A stretch of 48,816 nt of DNA, filler included, from Sphacelaria rigidula (lineage: Eukaryota): assembly GCA_964200075.2 (NCBI GenBank). It is 2 parts of 2 records of this genome, joined end to end, with 100 filler letters (N's around TTAATTAATTAA, not from the genome) between each part and the next. Parts side by side here need not be neighbours in the genome. Positions count along the whole stretch, not along the records: positions 1 to 24,365 come from CAXNAA020000207.1; 1 more part is not named here. The stretch is one strand, 5' to 3'. Positions 11,701-22,564 of the stretch are shown here, one piece after another; position 1 is the stretch's first letter; every line of letters starts with the position of its first letter. The notes beneath the pieces were generated by a model. The model ran no database searches. It worked only from the letters and a program-made list of their open reading frames with translations, and was not told where the DNA came from. Both the position numbers and the translations under genes were made by a program.

Positions 11701-14509
11701 AGCAGGAAGCGGCTCATCCTTGATGCGACTCGCTGAACGCATCACGGCGCTCCGCGCTTGGTGATTGATTGCGAGCCTGGTCTGGCGATAACCCGGCGTG
11801 CTCCGTCCCGGCATTTGTAGGGATACGAGGTCAATGGTCTTACACCATGCCATACAATATCATGAGTACCCCCCTGATCCCATCGAGTGGGAATACGGTT
11901 GGTTTGAAATCGATGCAGAGGGAGTTAGTTCACAAGAGGAGAAGTAAAGGCGTGTGTATTTAAACTCGAGAACAGAAAGGAAGCAGAGGTATACGAACTG
12001 GTGAATTAGTTGAAGGGGAGAGGGAGTGATCACCAAGCTGTTTATGTTATATCATTGGATCTGGGAAAACACGTGCACACTGAAGAGGTGGAGGGAGGGA
12101 ATCGTAGTAAACCTTTTCAAGAAAGGAGACAAGGCAGACGCAGGGAATGATAGGGGGGCAACGCTCTTAAGCACCATAGACAAAACATTATGTAAGACTT
12201 TGAGTGATAGAACGGGAACAAATGCTGGAAAATGAAGGTAGGATCACTTCTGGGCAAGCAGGATTTAGACCAAACCGTAGGTGCGTAGACCATGGGTACA
12301 CACTAGGTAAGACTACGCAAGGTAAGATAAACTTGGGGTTAACAACGTACTGCTCATTTCTAGACGTACGGAAGGCCTATGACACAGTTTGGAGAAATGG
12401 GCTGTGAAAAAGCGGAGGAAAACTGGGATCAGAGGAAAAGTATGAAGAGTGGCGACTAAGATGACAGAATGTAGGGGAAGTGCCATTATGCTAGGTCGGG
12501 AAATAGTGATGTACGTTGATACTTTACCATGAGTTGCACAAGGATGTACGTTATCACCCACCTAATTCAAGGTATAAACTGATGATATGATAGTAGCAGT
12601 AGAAGCAGCAGAGCAAGGCGTCAAGGTGAGGGAAGATGCGGTGTCGGGGTTGATGTTGGCGGATGATTTCGTGGGGATACCAAAAATACCAGAAGGGTTG
12701 CAAAGACAGACAGCGCTCTAGAATACACTCAAAAATGGGAATGTAGAGCGAATGGAAGCAAATGCGCGGTAGTTAGACGTAAAAAAGATAAGGAGAATCC
12801 GTTAGATTTCAAATGGAAGTGGGGGGAAGAGGAATTTCCAATCGTGGATCGGAGTACATACAATGGCGAAGAGATATAAAAGCTGTTGTCATGGACAAAG
12901 TAAAAGAAAAAAAAGCAGATATAGGCAGGACGGACGTGATTCCAAGAGAGTCGCACCTGGACACTAGGATTGAGAGGTGTAATCTAATGAACGAGATTGT
13001 ACCAACTCTTGAATATGCAGAAGAAATATGAGGAGGGAACGCGAAGTTGGTGAAGCATCTGTGACTGGAACACTACAGATGATGGGAGCTAAGAAATTAA
13101 TCGGGTGCACGAAGACGACAAATAATATAGTATTGAGAGCAGCATCGGGAATGTAACCACTTGAAACAAATACGAAGCCTGAAAATATTGACATGACAAT
13201 ATGAAGTAAGAAACAAATCGAGGAACATATTTTCAGCAATGGTTGGTAAGACTATATGGAAGGAAGTAGCAAACGGGCAGACTGGAATAAGGTAGAATAG
13301 CGTACTCGACAAAGTATGGAAGGATACAGGAAAAACCAGGACAAGATGACCTCCATGGGTGAAAGTAGGCGGTACAAGACAAGGGTAAGAGACATGATAG
13401 AAACAGGGAAGAAATAAACGCTGCGACGCAACGCAGACGAGGAAGAGCACCTGTTGATATACGGGGGGTTCAGAGAAGGTATAGGGATGAAAGCCTATCT
13501 GGCATGACCGAACGAATCTCGCGAAAAAGTTGAAAGTTTGATTTGGAATGGGGGACCTACACGCGCCTAAAAGAAAAGGAGGTGTACCAGTAGTCAGGTG
13601 GAGGAGGATGTTGATGCGCAGAATTGCCCCTGTGGCAAATCAATAGTCATATAATGGGAGAATCTGAATTATTCAAGGGGGAACGGGACGTGTGAGAGGG
13701 GGGAAATTTGGGTGGAAAAGAAGGTAGCATGAATTCGCATCGTGTAATGAATTATAGCGAAAAAACGGTCGCTATACTAGCAGATGGTAGTTACAGGCGG
13801 CGAAACAGGAAGAGCATAGGTTATGTAAAGGGTTTAATGTAACGTACGTAAAAAACGTAAAAAGTGCCTTGATGTTGGAGGTGTCTCTCCACGAGGAGTA
13901 GCAACGGTGCGCTGACTCTGAAGGGATGCATGCTCAATGATGACTTGAATTCACTTGAAGCAAGCGAGTAATCAACTCCTGCCCCCGCCCTGTGCGCCTT
14001 TTATGTAGACTTTTGTAATCATTTGTCACCCAGAAATCTATTTTGTTGTCTTTCAGTGTACATACCACAGTCTATCACGAAGAACTTGCTCTGAAGTTCA
14101 TCTTGGAGCTACATGCTTCATCGTGGACATTGATTGTGTAACCCATCCCCCCCCCCCCCCCCCCCCCAAATCCCCCCGCCCGGGGGGAACCCCGCCTTCC
14201 CCCCCCAATGGGACGCAATTAACCTTTAACTCCGGAAGTTCACGTTCAGGTCTCGCATTGATATCATGTGCCTACTGGTCTCTCTTTCTCTTCCCCTTCC
14301 CCGTGTCCGCCGCTTCGCCGAACATCGATTGACCTGTCCCGGACATGTAAATCCAGGTCAAGAAGTTCTTCGATGACCACCCGATGCCCAACAACGAACG
14401 CAAGTTGTCGCAAATGCTGGAGACGATGGCGATCAACGTGCGCTTCTTCGAGACCATGGCAGCTTCCCCGCTGTCGACAGACGAGTTCTGGCAGTCGCTC
14501 AAGGTCTGA
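914..14509 (+). CDS. M1-family (puromycin-sensitive-like) aminopeptidase, 3' part (ERAP1-like C-terminal region); 5' exons lie upstream of the window
   Basis: Phase-consistent exons 914-1046, 1897-2028, 5464-5616, 5986-6140, 6378-6534, 8274-8428, 9986-10148 and 14357-14509 (TGA). Translation includes WNLPL, DWIKINAGQHTLMRVLY, EDRASIVSDAYAL, VGWEPQDTDGHSGKLLRATII, VKLQDFFYP, LTWEFFQANFERI and VKKFFDDHP, typical of PSA/APM1 C-terminal halves. The catalytic HEXXH/GAMEN motifs are not in the window. Confidence 0.9.
1897..2028 (+). CDS. aminopeptidase exon (VELKNESDWIKINAGQH...MVPE)
   Basis: Acceptor aacag|, donor GAG|gtgaag, 44 codons. Confidence 0.88.
5464..5616 (+). CDS. aminopeptidase exon (DRASIVSDAYAL...LGLEK)
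   Basis: Acceptor gaag|, donor AAG|gtaggt, 51 codons. Confidence 0.88.
5657..5750 (+). repeat. (GTT)n microsatellite and degenerate extension in an intron
   Basis: Direct reading; source of the spurious poly-N/poly-T ORFs on the minus strand. Confidence 0.95.
5986..6140 (+). CDS. aminopeptidase exon (VLKADENMY...IIELLAT)
   Basis: Acceptor gacag|, donor AC|gtgggt; phase 2 matches the next exon. Confidence 0.88.
6378..6534 (+). CDS. aminopeptidase exon (FSSDSKQVQ...AEFDQ)
   Basis: Acceptor cccag|, donor CAG|gtgaga. Confidence 0.88.
6640..6893 (+). mobile_element. Short interspersed repeat with (CAAT)n tail, copy A
   Basis: T-rich body, then CACGGCTGGGTCCCTCGGGG..GTGCGACAA and a CAATCAGTCAATCAATCA tail; homologous to copies B-E. 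Confidence 0.6.
7645..7930 (-). mobile_element. Short interspersed repeat with (CAAT)n tail, copy B
   Basis: GACCCAGCCGTGGTCA core followed by an A-rich body on +. Confidence 0.6.
8274..8428 (+). CDS. aminopeptidase exon (LMTLLDLCET...FFYPLG)
   Basis: Acceptor ctgcag|, donor CAG|gtgacg. Confidence 0.88.
9443..9790 (-). mobile_element. Short interspersed repeat with long (CAAT)n-type tail, copy C
   Basis: (GATT/GGTT)n 9443-9540, TTGTCGCACTT..AGGGATCGAGCCGTGGTAACAC, A-rich body, GAAATAGCCGGCCTCTGC. Confidence 0.65.
9986..10148 (+). CDS. aminopeptidase exon (VSSSGKLGQDLTWEFF...KMKE), ending at a GC donor
   Basis: Acceptor cgcag|; GAG|gcaagc is the only strong in-phase donor before the stop at 10182. 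Confidence 0.83.
11752..11880 (-). repeat. Dispersed repeat, inverted copy of 25550-25680
   Basis: Shared GCCGGGACGGAGCACGCCG...CTCGCA.TCAATCACCAAGCGCG. Confidence 0.65.
11900..13970 (+). mobile_element. Decayed, 5'-truncated non-LTR retrotransposon (LINE) RT region inside the last aminopeptidase intron
   Basis: WREGIVVNLFKKGDKADAGNDRGATLLS, GQAGFRPNRRCVDH, FLDVRKAYDTVWRNGL, QGCTLSP and LMLADD; many stops and frameshifts. Confidence 0.9.
14357..14509 (+). CDS. aminopeptidase terminal exon (VKKFFDDHPMP...WQSLKV*)
   Basis: Acceptor atccag|, 50 codons plus TGA; matches the PSA C-terminus pattern V..FF..HP....ER...Q.LE. Confidence 0.88.
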   Translation, partial: VKKFFDDHPMPNNERKLSQMLETMAINVRFFETMAASPLSTDEFWQSLKV

Positions 14510-15589
14510 GCCAGCTGAGGGCGTTTCGATGTGCGGAGCAAGACGTATACGAACAGGCACGAGCGGCAGTCAAGTGTGTTGCTCGTGTCTGTATTTTCGC
14601 TCTTGTGCCGCAAACAGGAATCTGAAGCCTTGAGATGATCTCCTGTAGACGTTTTCTGTTTGTTGGCATCATTCGTCTTCTGTTGTTCTAGTCTCTCTTC
14701 TCTCTCATGAGTTGTTCGGAGATTCGGTGGAGTCCATGCCGTGAATTTTCGTCGAAGTCTTGCCCGAATTTGTTTCCGCTCTTCCTCGCTTGTCGTTGGC
14801 GGTATCCACGGTGTATTATATATGGGGCTGGTGTTACCGGACAAAGAAGAGTGAGAGAAAGAGTGCATGAGGGCGTGGTCGAGCTTTGTTCTTCGGGCGC
14901 TGAAGGCGTTCGTTCGTCGGAATAGATACTGCAGAGGGTGTGTGTTGGATTCTGAGCCGTACTTTATTTGTCACGATGGTGAAGCTTTTGTTCTTCGAAA
15001 GCAATGAATTTGGTGACAAACCAACAGTTGACGAGATCGAAAAATCCGATGTTGGTTCTGTAGGATGTCGTTTTTAGCTTCCTTCTTTTTCCGCCCAAAA
15101 CTTGTTCGCGTCGGTGGCCGTTTCGGGACTATGGTGGTTCTGTGCAGGAAGGCCCTTGTGCCACTGTATTACAGTCGTGTTCGTATCGTCGAAGCAACAT
15201 AATGAAGTACCTTTCGCGCGCTCCCTCCCTGCGAAATTCAGCGGATGTACTCTGGCAGCTGAAACCCAACGTGATCCGTGCGAGGGCGGTTCTTTGAGAT
15301 GATGACCGACGACCCGAACTTTGGTTCACGAGTGAAACCCGATTTTGCACATGAGGCAATACATAAATTTAGGCGCTTACGGAGAAAAACGTGTGACGCT
15401 TCGCAGGAGGTATACCACGCAGGAATTGCTGAGAATGTACGGAGGGTGCTATAAGGTGCTATCGCCAATAAATGCTGTTGATGCTGGTAATCCTCTTTTT
15501 TCGCCTTCAGGTTGCCCATTCAGCGTAAGTCGCTCGCTATTTTATGTATGGCTACGAGCTGGTTCATGCTCATCACCCTAAAAACAATC

Positions 15590-16300
15590 ATCGGCAAAAC
15601 CTCACGCCGTTTGAAGGAGTTAGACTCTGAGATTTTGCTCAAATTTTCTATGAGTTCTCGTGCAACTCCCGAAGATCGAGTTTTTTTTCCTTCCAACTTT
15701 GTGACGTTTTTCACCGTTTTCGGGGGTCCCAACTTTCTCGGGGAAACTTCGAGCCAGTCGGACCCCCGTAAAACGGCACATATGTATTAAACAAACCTCG
15801 TTCATCAAACCTCGTTCATCCAAAGTTGCGGAATGAGCCATGATGTAGCTATGCAAAATTTCGGGGTCTAACTCCTTCAAACGACGTGAGGTTTTTCGTG
15901 TTTGTGCGATGAATTCTGCCGTGCCCCAGTAAAACCGCAAACTCCTTGATTTTAGTGCGAAAATGGCGCTTTTGGGCCTATTTTGACGTGAACATGAGAA
16001 TTCAAGCACTAGTTCATCGAGTTTCGCCACGAAAGTTTATGGCTCCTTAGGTTATTCGGCGACAGCTCGTTTGCGAAAAAATAAGAAAAAATTAACTGCC
16101 GGTTCTCTGCGGTCCCACAATGCAGACTAATTCGAAAAACGACTTGGATCCCGTGATACCCCTCGAGAACGATAAGAAATTCAAGAAGTAAAAACACCTC
16201 GTCCATCGCAACATGCGTAATGATCCATAGCATATTCGTTCAAATCTTGAGAGTCTAACTCCAACTATCTGCGTGAAGCTTTGCGCATTTGTGCGAGGAC
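15590..16300. mobile_element. Non-autonomous DNA-element remnant with internal inverted and direct repeats
   Basis: 15596-15638 is inverted to 15853-15896 (AAAACCTCACGYCGTTTGAAGGAGTTAGAC); 16193-16297 is a diverged direct copy of 15806-15910. Confidence 0.55.
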
Positions 16301-16357
16301 GTGAGCTTGAAACGTGCAACTCTCAACTACTTGGTTTTAGCATAGGGAGGGATGCTA

Positions 16358-16591
16358 CGGTAGGGGTGCACATATATTTTCTGAGGTTTAAATTGTTAGG
16401 AGCCCTTTATCTCATCCAAAACACGTCTTATGAAATATGTGAGAGTACCCTAGGATTACTAGTCCAACGTGTTAGGGGTGTCCCAAATGAATTCGCAAAC
16501 GGAGGTGCCCTGACCCATGTTCTTGTGCATCTAGAATTTTCAGGAGCCCCTGAACCAGACAAGATTTCGCGCAAAAAGTGCACCCCTACCC
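16358..16591. mobile_element. MITE, Tc1/mariner-type
   Basis: TIRs CGGTAGGGGTGCAC / GTGCACCCCTACCC, flanked by TA on both sides. Confidence 0.65.
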
Positions 16592-16739
16592 TAGCATTGC
16601 TCTAAAAACGTTTTTTTAGCGAATTTAAGGTCAAGACAATGAAAATTTTATCATGTTTCGAGGCTCTCGACCAAACTTTGTACATGTGCTCCTTGGACTG
16701 TTCCGGAACGCGTCGTATTAATAAAAAACAGTACACTGG

Positions 16740-17000
16740 TAAAGAACCAATTTTGGGGAATTTTGGGTGTCCGAACGGACGCCAAAACGGTTACGAAATT
16801 GTTTTTTGACCTAGGACCGCAACACTTCGGTGATCGAAATCCAAATTTCTATGGCGTGTAGCAGTTGTCAATCCTTATCAGTAGCAGGTGAAAAAATGGA
16901 ACCATATTTCGAAGATTTGGTTTAGATGCGAAGATTTTATTTCTCTGGGTTTCTCATCCCCAATAACGGATCCATCCGCAATTTGTAAGATCCCGTGTTT
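16740..17000 (+). mobile_element. Terminal segment of a TIR DNA-element family
   Basis: Diverged direct copy at 24565-24805; its end (ATTTGTAAGATCCCGTGTT) matches the inverted arms at 40611-40696 and 41470-41555. Confidence 0.6.
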
Positions 17001-17009
17001 TGAGTGCAA

Positions 17010-20000
17010 GATGCGTGTGAAGCAGGGGTGCTCTGGGGCATCACGTCGTGTCAATGGCTCAACAAGTGCCAACTCATGTGCAGAGAGTCTTTGCTCGTTT
17101 GGAGCATAAAAAGAGCACAACCACCCCGCCGCAATTGGTTGCTGCGATATAAAAGCATGCTGAGCATGCGGCAGGCACTTGCCACTGTCGGGGCCGGGTC
17201 GGCCATTACGCGCGCGATTGCCCAATGTCTTCCTGTGGAAAGTCTGAGCAGTCTCATGCCGCGCGCCATAAGCATCGTCAGCATAAGGGCAAAATGCGAG
17301 GTAATCGGGGTGGCGGCGGCGGATCCTTCGGCGGTGGAGGGTCGCAGTCGAGTTCTAAGCAGCAGCAGGGGCAGCGGCGTCAGCATGTGTCTGGTTCTGT
17401 GTCCGGCGCCGCTGTAGGTGCTGCTGCTCCGCAACGGGCGGTGCAGCTGGGACCGACTTTTACAATGTCGAACACTGCGCCGGCGCCGGTGGTGGCGCCG
17501 GTGGCGACACCAGCAGCAGCGCCAGGCTCGACGCCTGCTGACGCGCTGGTCGGAGGTTCGCCAAATTCTCGGTCTGCTGGCTGGGGGTCATACCCACCGG
17601 CGGTGCCATTTGAACCTGCCGCGGTGTCTTCGCCTGCGCAGCTTGCGCAGCCGTGGCGTCAAGTAGGATTAGCGGCGCATCGGTCGGCACATAAAGTGCC
17701 AGTGGAGTTCGCGCACAGGTACGTTCCTGCGGAGCTGTGTCTTCCAAATCAATGGGAGCGTGGAGCCATTGCGGTTCGGGCTACGTGGGATTCTGGCGCC
17801 CACTTGACGGGTCATGTGAGTCTATCGGTACAGATTGTAGAGGTGTTGGAGTGCCTTCTCCCGGGTGTGCTGCTGCGCAAAGCGTTCGCTTGGGGTGTGG
17901 TAGGCGGTCACCGCGTCGGGTCAGCATGTTTTCGTCACAGAGCGTACTGTTCCGCTGCAGGTGACTTTCACGACTTCCTGGGGGGCGGCGTCGTTGCCTC
18001 CGATCTCGTTTGCGATCATGCCGGGGTAGGCTGACGTCATTCTTCTGGGGTTGCTGATGCTTCAGGATCTTGGAGTCGACGCTCGGCGGTTGTGAGACTC
18101 CATGAAGACGCGGATGTCTCCGCCTGACCCACGCTTGGAGACGCCCGCCTTTTGGGCGATCGTCGCGCGAGCTTGTCGGTGGATGCTTTTCAGGAGGCTG
18201 GGGGGCAGGTGACCGAGGACCGGGATGCGGTTGTGGAACGCTCGGTAGAGCGCGGCCCGCAGATGTTCATGGACCCGGCGAAAGAGGAGTCCGCTCGGAA
18301 GGTCGCGCTGGAGGCGAGCATGACGGATGCTGTGGCGAAAGACCTCAGCGTCCCAAAAGCGGAACGCCTGCGCCGCATATTGCATCGCCGCGTCAACGCG
18401 TTTCCTTGTGCGCTGCGGGGTGACCCCCTGCGCGCGTGGAGCCCATACGTGTTCAGCTGAAACCTGGGGCATCCGCGGTGAAGGCGAAGCCGCGGCGGTA
18501 CGATCCGGTGAAGCCGAGTTGGTTGGCGTCATGCTTGGCGGCTCTTTTGGCGCTTGGGTTGGTAGTCCGGAACCTGCAGGCGGTATGGTCCAGTCCGGCG
18601 ATGGTGGTTTCCAAGAAAGACTCGTTCCGCCTGGTAAGCGACTACAAGGCTGTAAATGATCAGGTTGAGAAATCGCCGGGTGTGATGCCCAACCAAGATT
18701 CGGACATGCGTGATCTCTCAAGTGCTTGTTTGTTTGGCAAGTTGGACCTCCTCCAAGATCACTGGCAGATGCTGTTGGCAGAGAAGGCGCAGGAGATTTT
18801 CACAATCACGAGCCCGCTAGGCTTGTTTCCCCCGAAGCGAGTGCCGCGAGGCGTGTTGAATGCCACGGCATATTTATCAAAGCATCATGACTGAACTGCT
18901 TGTCGGCTTGAAATGCAAGATATGGGTGGATGATGTGTTTTTTTTTCGCGGACACGAAATACGAACTTTAAGAAACGCTTGATGCTATCTTGGCTCGCTT
19001 AGAGAATGTTGGTTTGTTTGCGGCGGCGCACAAATGCACTTTCTTCGCCAGTGAACTCGTATGGTGTGGGAAAGTGTACTCACACGGACTCGTACCTCAT
19101 TACCCTGTCAGATTGCAAGGCTCGTCTGACATGCAGCGCCCGGAGATGGCCGTAAAACTCATGCAATTCTTGTAGGCCGTGAATTGGCTGCGTACCTCGT
19201 TGCCGCGTATGGCAGAAACAGTCGCTCCCTTCGGGTTTTTCCTCGGAGAACTCATGGCGGGTGCTGCGAGGCGGACGAAGCGTGTTACAAAAAATTGCGC
19301 TATTCCGACTGCATCGTGGACGGAGGGCAGGTTGCAGGCGTGGGCGGCAGCGAAGGATCTGGTAGCTCACGCCGTGACGTTATTCCATCCTCGTCCTGAT
19401 CGTCAGGTGCTTATATTTCCGGATGCATCTGAGTGTCATTGGGGTAGTTTCGGTATGCAGGTGCGTAAGCTGAAATGCAAAGACGCCTGCGGGTTGAGGA
19501 TATGACGCATGAACCGCTGGCTTTCCTCAGTGGTAATTTCAAGGGTTCGCAGTTGCGTTGGGCCACAATTGATAAGGAAGGTTTTGCTATCGTAAGCACT
19601 TTTCGTCATTTGGAGCATCTTCTGTGGGATGGCGTGCACATTTTCACGGATCACCGAAATCTCGTGTATATTTGCAACCCGGAAGCGGCGTTACGTCTGT
19701 GTCGAAAGCATTGGCACAACGTTTGGAGGGCTGGAAAGCTGTTCTTGGCCAGTACCGTTACTCGATTTGCCACATTTCAGGTGACAGTAATGCGTGGGGT
19801 GACTTACTTGCGCGTTGGGTGAATATTCCGGCTTTGCCTGTGCGGGCTGTGGCTGTGTATGGTCCGTGTGAACCTGATGACTCGATGCCGTCCAAATCTG
19901 TTGTCCGCCAAGCGCAACGAAAAGACCTTGGGGCCGAAGATGCGGACGTGCAATCTTTCGAGTCGGACGTTAGTACTGCTATCTTGGACAATGCAGGTCT

Positions 20001-21776
20001 GTTTCGTGTGCATGTGCTTTGCCGACACGTTTTATGGGTTACGAGTTCTGACAAGCAGTTGCAGGTACGTCTGATGATTTGCGCGCACATGCGCGACGCC
20101 GCGCATCGTGGTGTGGCTGCGACGCTCGTGCGCGTGCAAGAGTTTTGCGCCTGACAGGGGATAGGAACTCATGTGCGCGAATTTGTCCGCCAGTGTCTTC
20201 ACCGTGCTGACTCGAGGGCGGGCGATGTTGTTCCCCGCCCGCTCGGGGAAACGGTCCATGGGACCACGCCGAATGAAGTCGTTCATTTCGACTTTTTGTA
20301 TCTGGGCGAGAGTCGCCCGCTAGCTTCCCAAGGTTTGTCGGAGGATGTAGGGTTTCGATACATTTAGATGATCATCATGGATGATTTGCGCAACTTCGTG
20401 ACTCTAGAACCAGAGGGAGTGTGTACTGCTGAATCGACTGGTGCATCTTTGCTGAATTGATACACAAAGTTGGGGGTGCCGCGTGTGTGGTCGAGTGATA
20501 CCGCCACGCATTTCAAGAATGCGATCTTGGCTTGATTGCGCAAGGCCTTGCGCGTTGATCACCAGTTTGTGGTGGTGTATTCTCCGTGGTCTGACGGCAC
20601 GTGCGAACGCATGGTCAAGGAAGTAGTCCGTGCTCTTCGCTCTATTCTTCTCGAGCAGCGTAGAGCGGTTTCCGAGTGGGTGGACGCGTTCCCTGAGGTG
20701 CAACGGACGTTCAATACAGCGTATCGTCGTCGTTACAATAGTACGCCATACCACGTGATGTTTGGTCGTGCCCCTCGGACGTCTTTCTCGGTGCTGGCGT
20801 CTTCGTCGTCGGCGGAATGAAAATGTGATGTTTTGGACGATGTTCAAATTTAGCGTGCACTGCAAGGAGTCTTGGGCTTGCAAGAACGTTTCCACGTTTA
20901 AGTTCAGGAACGTGTTGCCGGTGAACGTGCGCGTAGACATGAGGGGTCCTCTTCGGGGCTGAAACTGTCGAATTTTGAGGTAGGCGACTATGTCTTGTAT
21001 GCACGCGTGCGTCGTCTGGGTTTTACGCCCAAGTTGATGGCGACGTGGATTGGTCTGTGGACAGTGGTTGGTGCTCAGCACCCGCACGTGTTTGAGATTC
21101 AGAGCATTGTTTCGGGTCGTGTTCACATCGCCCATGTAGCTCGTTTGCGGTTTTTGCATACTCGCAGCTTAATGTCGCGGCTGACGTTAAGGACGTGTTT
21201 CAGCATGCTTTCAATCAGGGGCAATTTCAGATGGCTAGTATTGCCCGAGTGGCAGAAGCAGACGATCGTTCGTTGATCGTGTTGGTCGACTGGGTTGGTT
21301 TCAAAGTTAAGGAGCGTACGTGGGAGCCCTACAAGGGTACTTTTGAGGACGCTCCGGAATTTCTTACGAAGGAGTTGCGTAAATTGCACGTGACTCGTGC
21401 CGTTGCTGTTCGCATTACGAGTGAGTTTGGTATTCAGTTGTGACTTACTCATCGTTCTGGCTTGTTCTATGTGTCGAGCGTGTCGATCGATTTTCGTCCA
21501 ACGCGCTTTGGGGGTGCTGTGACGAAATTACGCCATTACGTTGAGTTGGTAGGTATGATCCGGATAATGACTAGGGGCACGGGGATTATGGAGGGTTCTG
21601 GATGATGACCGGGGACACGGAGATGGTACCTGCAGGTCTAGAAAAGCTGGTCCCTTGGAAGGTCAATCCATCATAATGATATGTTTTGAAGGCCGACAAC
21701 TTAAACTGAGGCCAGTAAGACCGGGGAGTCCCTCAACAGCAGTGATCCACCAGTCCCTCTTCTGGTTGGCGTCACA
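17010..21776 (+). mobile_element. Degenerate Ty3/Gypsy LTR retrotransposon with chromodomain, 5'-truncated
   Basis: Domain order: gag zinc knuckle CHCRGRVGHYARDC (17180-17221), protease ATWDSGA, RT (WSSPAMVV..FRLVSDY, WVDD 18923-18934), RNase H (DASECHWG, WATIDKEGFAIV, FTDHRNL), integrase (HMRDAAHRG..CLH, VHFDFLY, SPWSDGTCERM), chromodomain-like VDWVGF..RTWEP (21195-21443), PPT, 3' LTR. Multiple stops and frameshifts. Confidence 0.93.
21518..21776 (+). repeat. 3' LTR of the Gypsy element
   Basis: Starts TGTGACG directly after the G-rich PPT (TTTGGGGGTGC) and ends CGTCACA, giving 7-bp inverted termini. Confidence 0.7.
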
Positions 21777-22339
21777 GTAACCCAGATTACCAATCCTGGC
21801 GGTCACAGGGTTAGTATTCCGAAGGGTCAGTCGTTGGGTATATAACACGAATCAAAGAAACCAACACGCCTTTTCAAGAAACTGTGACGGGTGGGTCCGC
21901 TACACTTGCGATCAACGCAGCATACCCTGGGCAATAAATCACAGGGGCAAAAGTGCACTGCGTACCGTACCAGTCTGGGCCGAAATATAAGCAGGATTTG
22001 GAAAAACCGAAATATGAGCCTAATATGGATGGACCGCCCTAGAATGACTGTAGAGCAGTTCTACACGCGTAAAAGTGTTCAACTATGCAATTGAGGTAAA
22101 GTTAGGGTTAGGCAGGTCCCCTGGGTGACCCGGGGACGCCATACTAGCGTCCCCGGTTTCCCCTGAATTCCCCTGAATTCCCCTGGGATTTCAAGTGCAA
22201 TCATCACACAGTGCCCTCCTGCTAGTGCACTCTTGGCCAAAACGCCGCACGTACTAGCGCGCGCCATACAATGGTGCGCGGTACATCATACACGGCGTAC
22301 ATAAGAGATTTCGTTGCTCAAGAGGCCCTCGGAGCACAC

Positions 22340-22520
22340 GAGATGAACGGTAAAATCTCCGCGCATCGCTTTAGGCCCTCCTTCACCAATTTGCCACTGT
22401 TGCTGCCCTTGAGGAGCTCCTCCATCAAGGCGCGTCTCTCATTGTCATTGAAATTCTTTCTGGACACCTTCTCAGCAGTGCCTCCAGCAACGAACATGTT
22501 CATCAGCAGACCGGAAGGCG
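22340..22520 (-). mobile_element. Mariner-like transposase N-terminal remnant
   Basis: RKNFNDNERRALMEELLKGSNSGKLVKEGLKRCA resembles the N-terminus of plant/stramenopile DD39D mariner transposases; judged by eye. Confidence 0.5.
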
Positions 22521-22564
22521 TTTTCCGGGTGATTATCGCATGAGAGCTCTAACTACCCCTGCTG

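Noticed and set aside
14272-14868. 198-aa minus-strand ORF
   Set aside because: Antisense to the aminopeptidase last exon and 3' UTR; no recognisable protein features
20404-21159. 251-aa minus-strand ORF
   Set aside because: Antisense shadow of the Gypsy integrase
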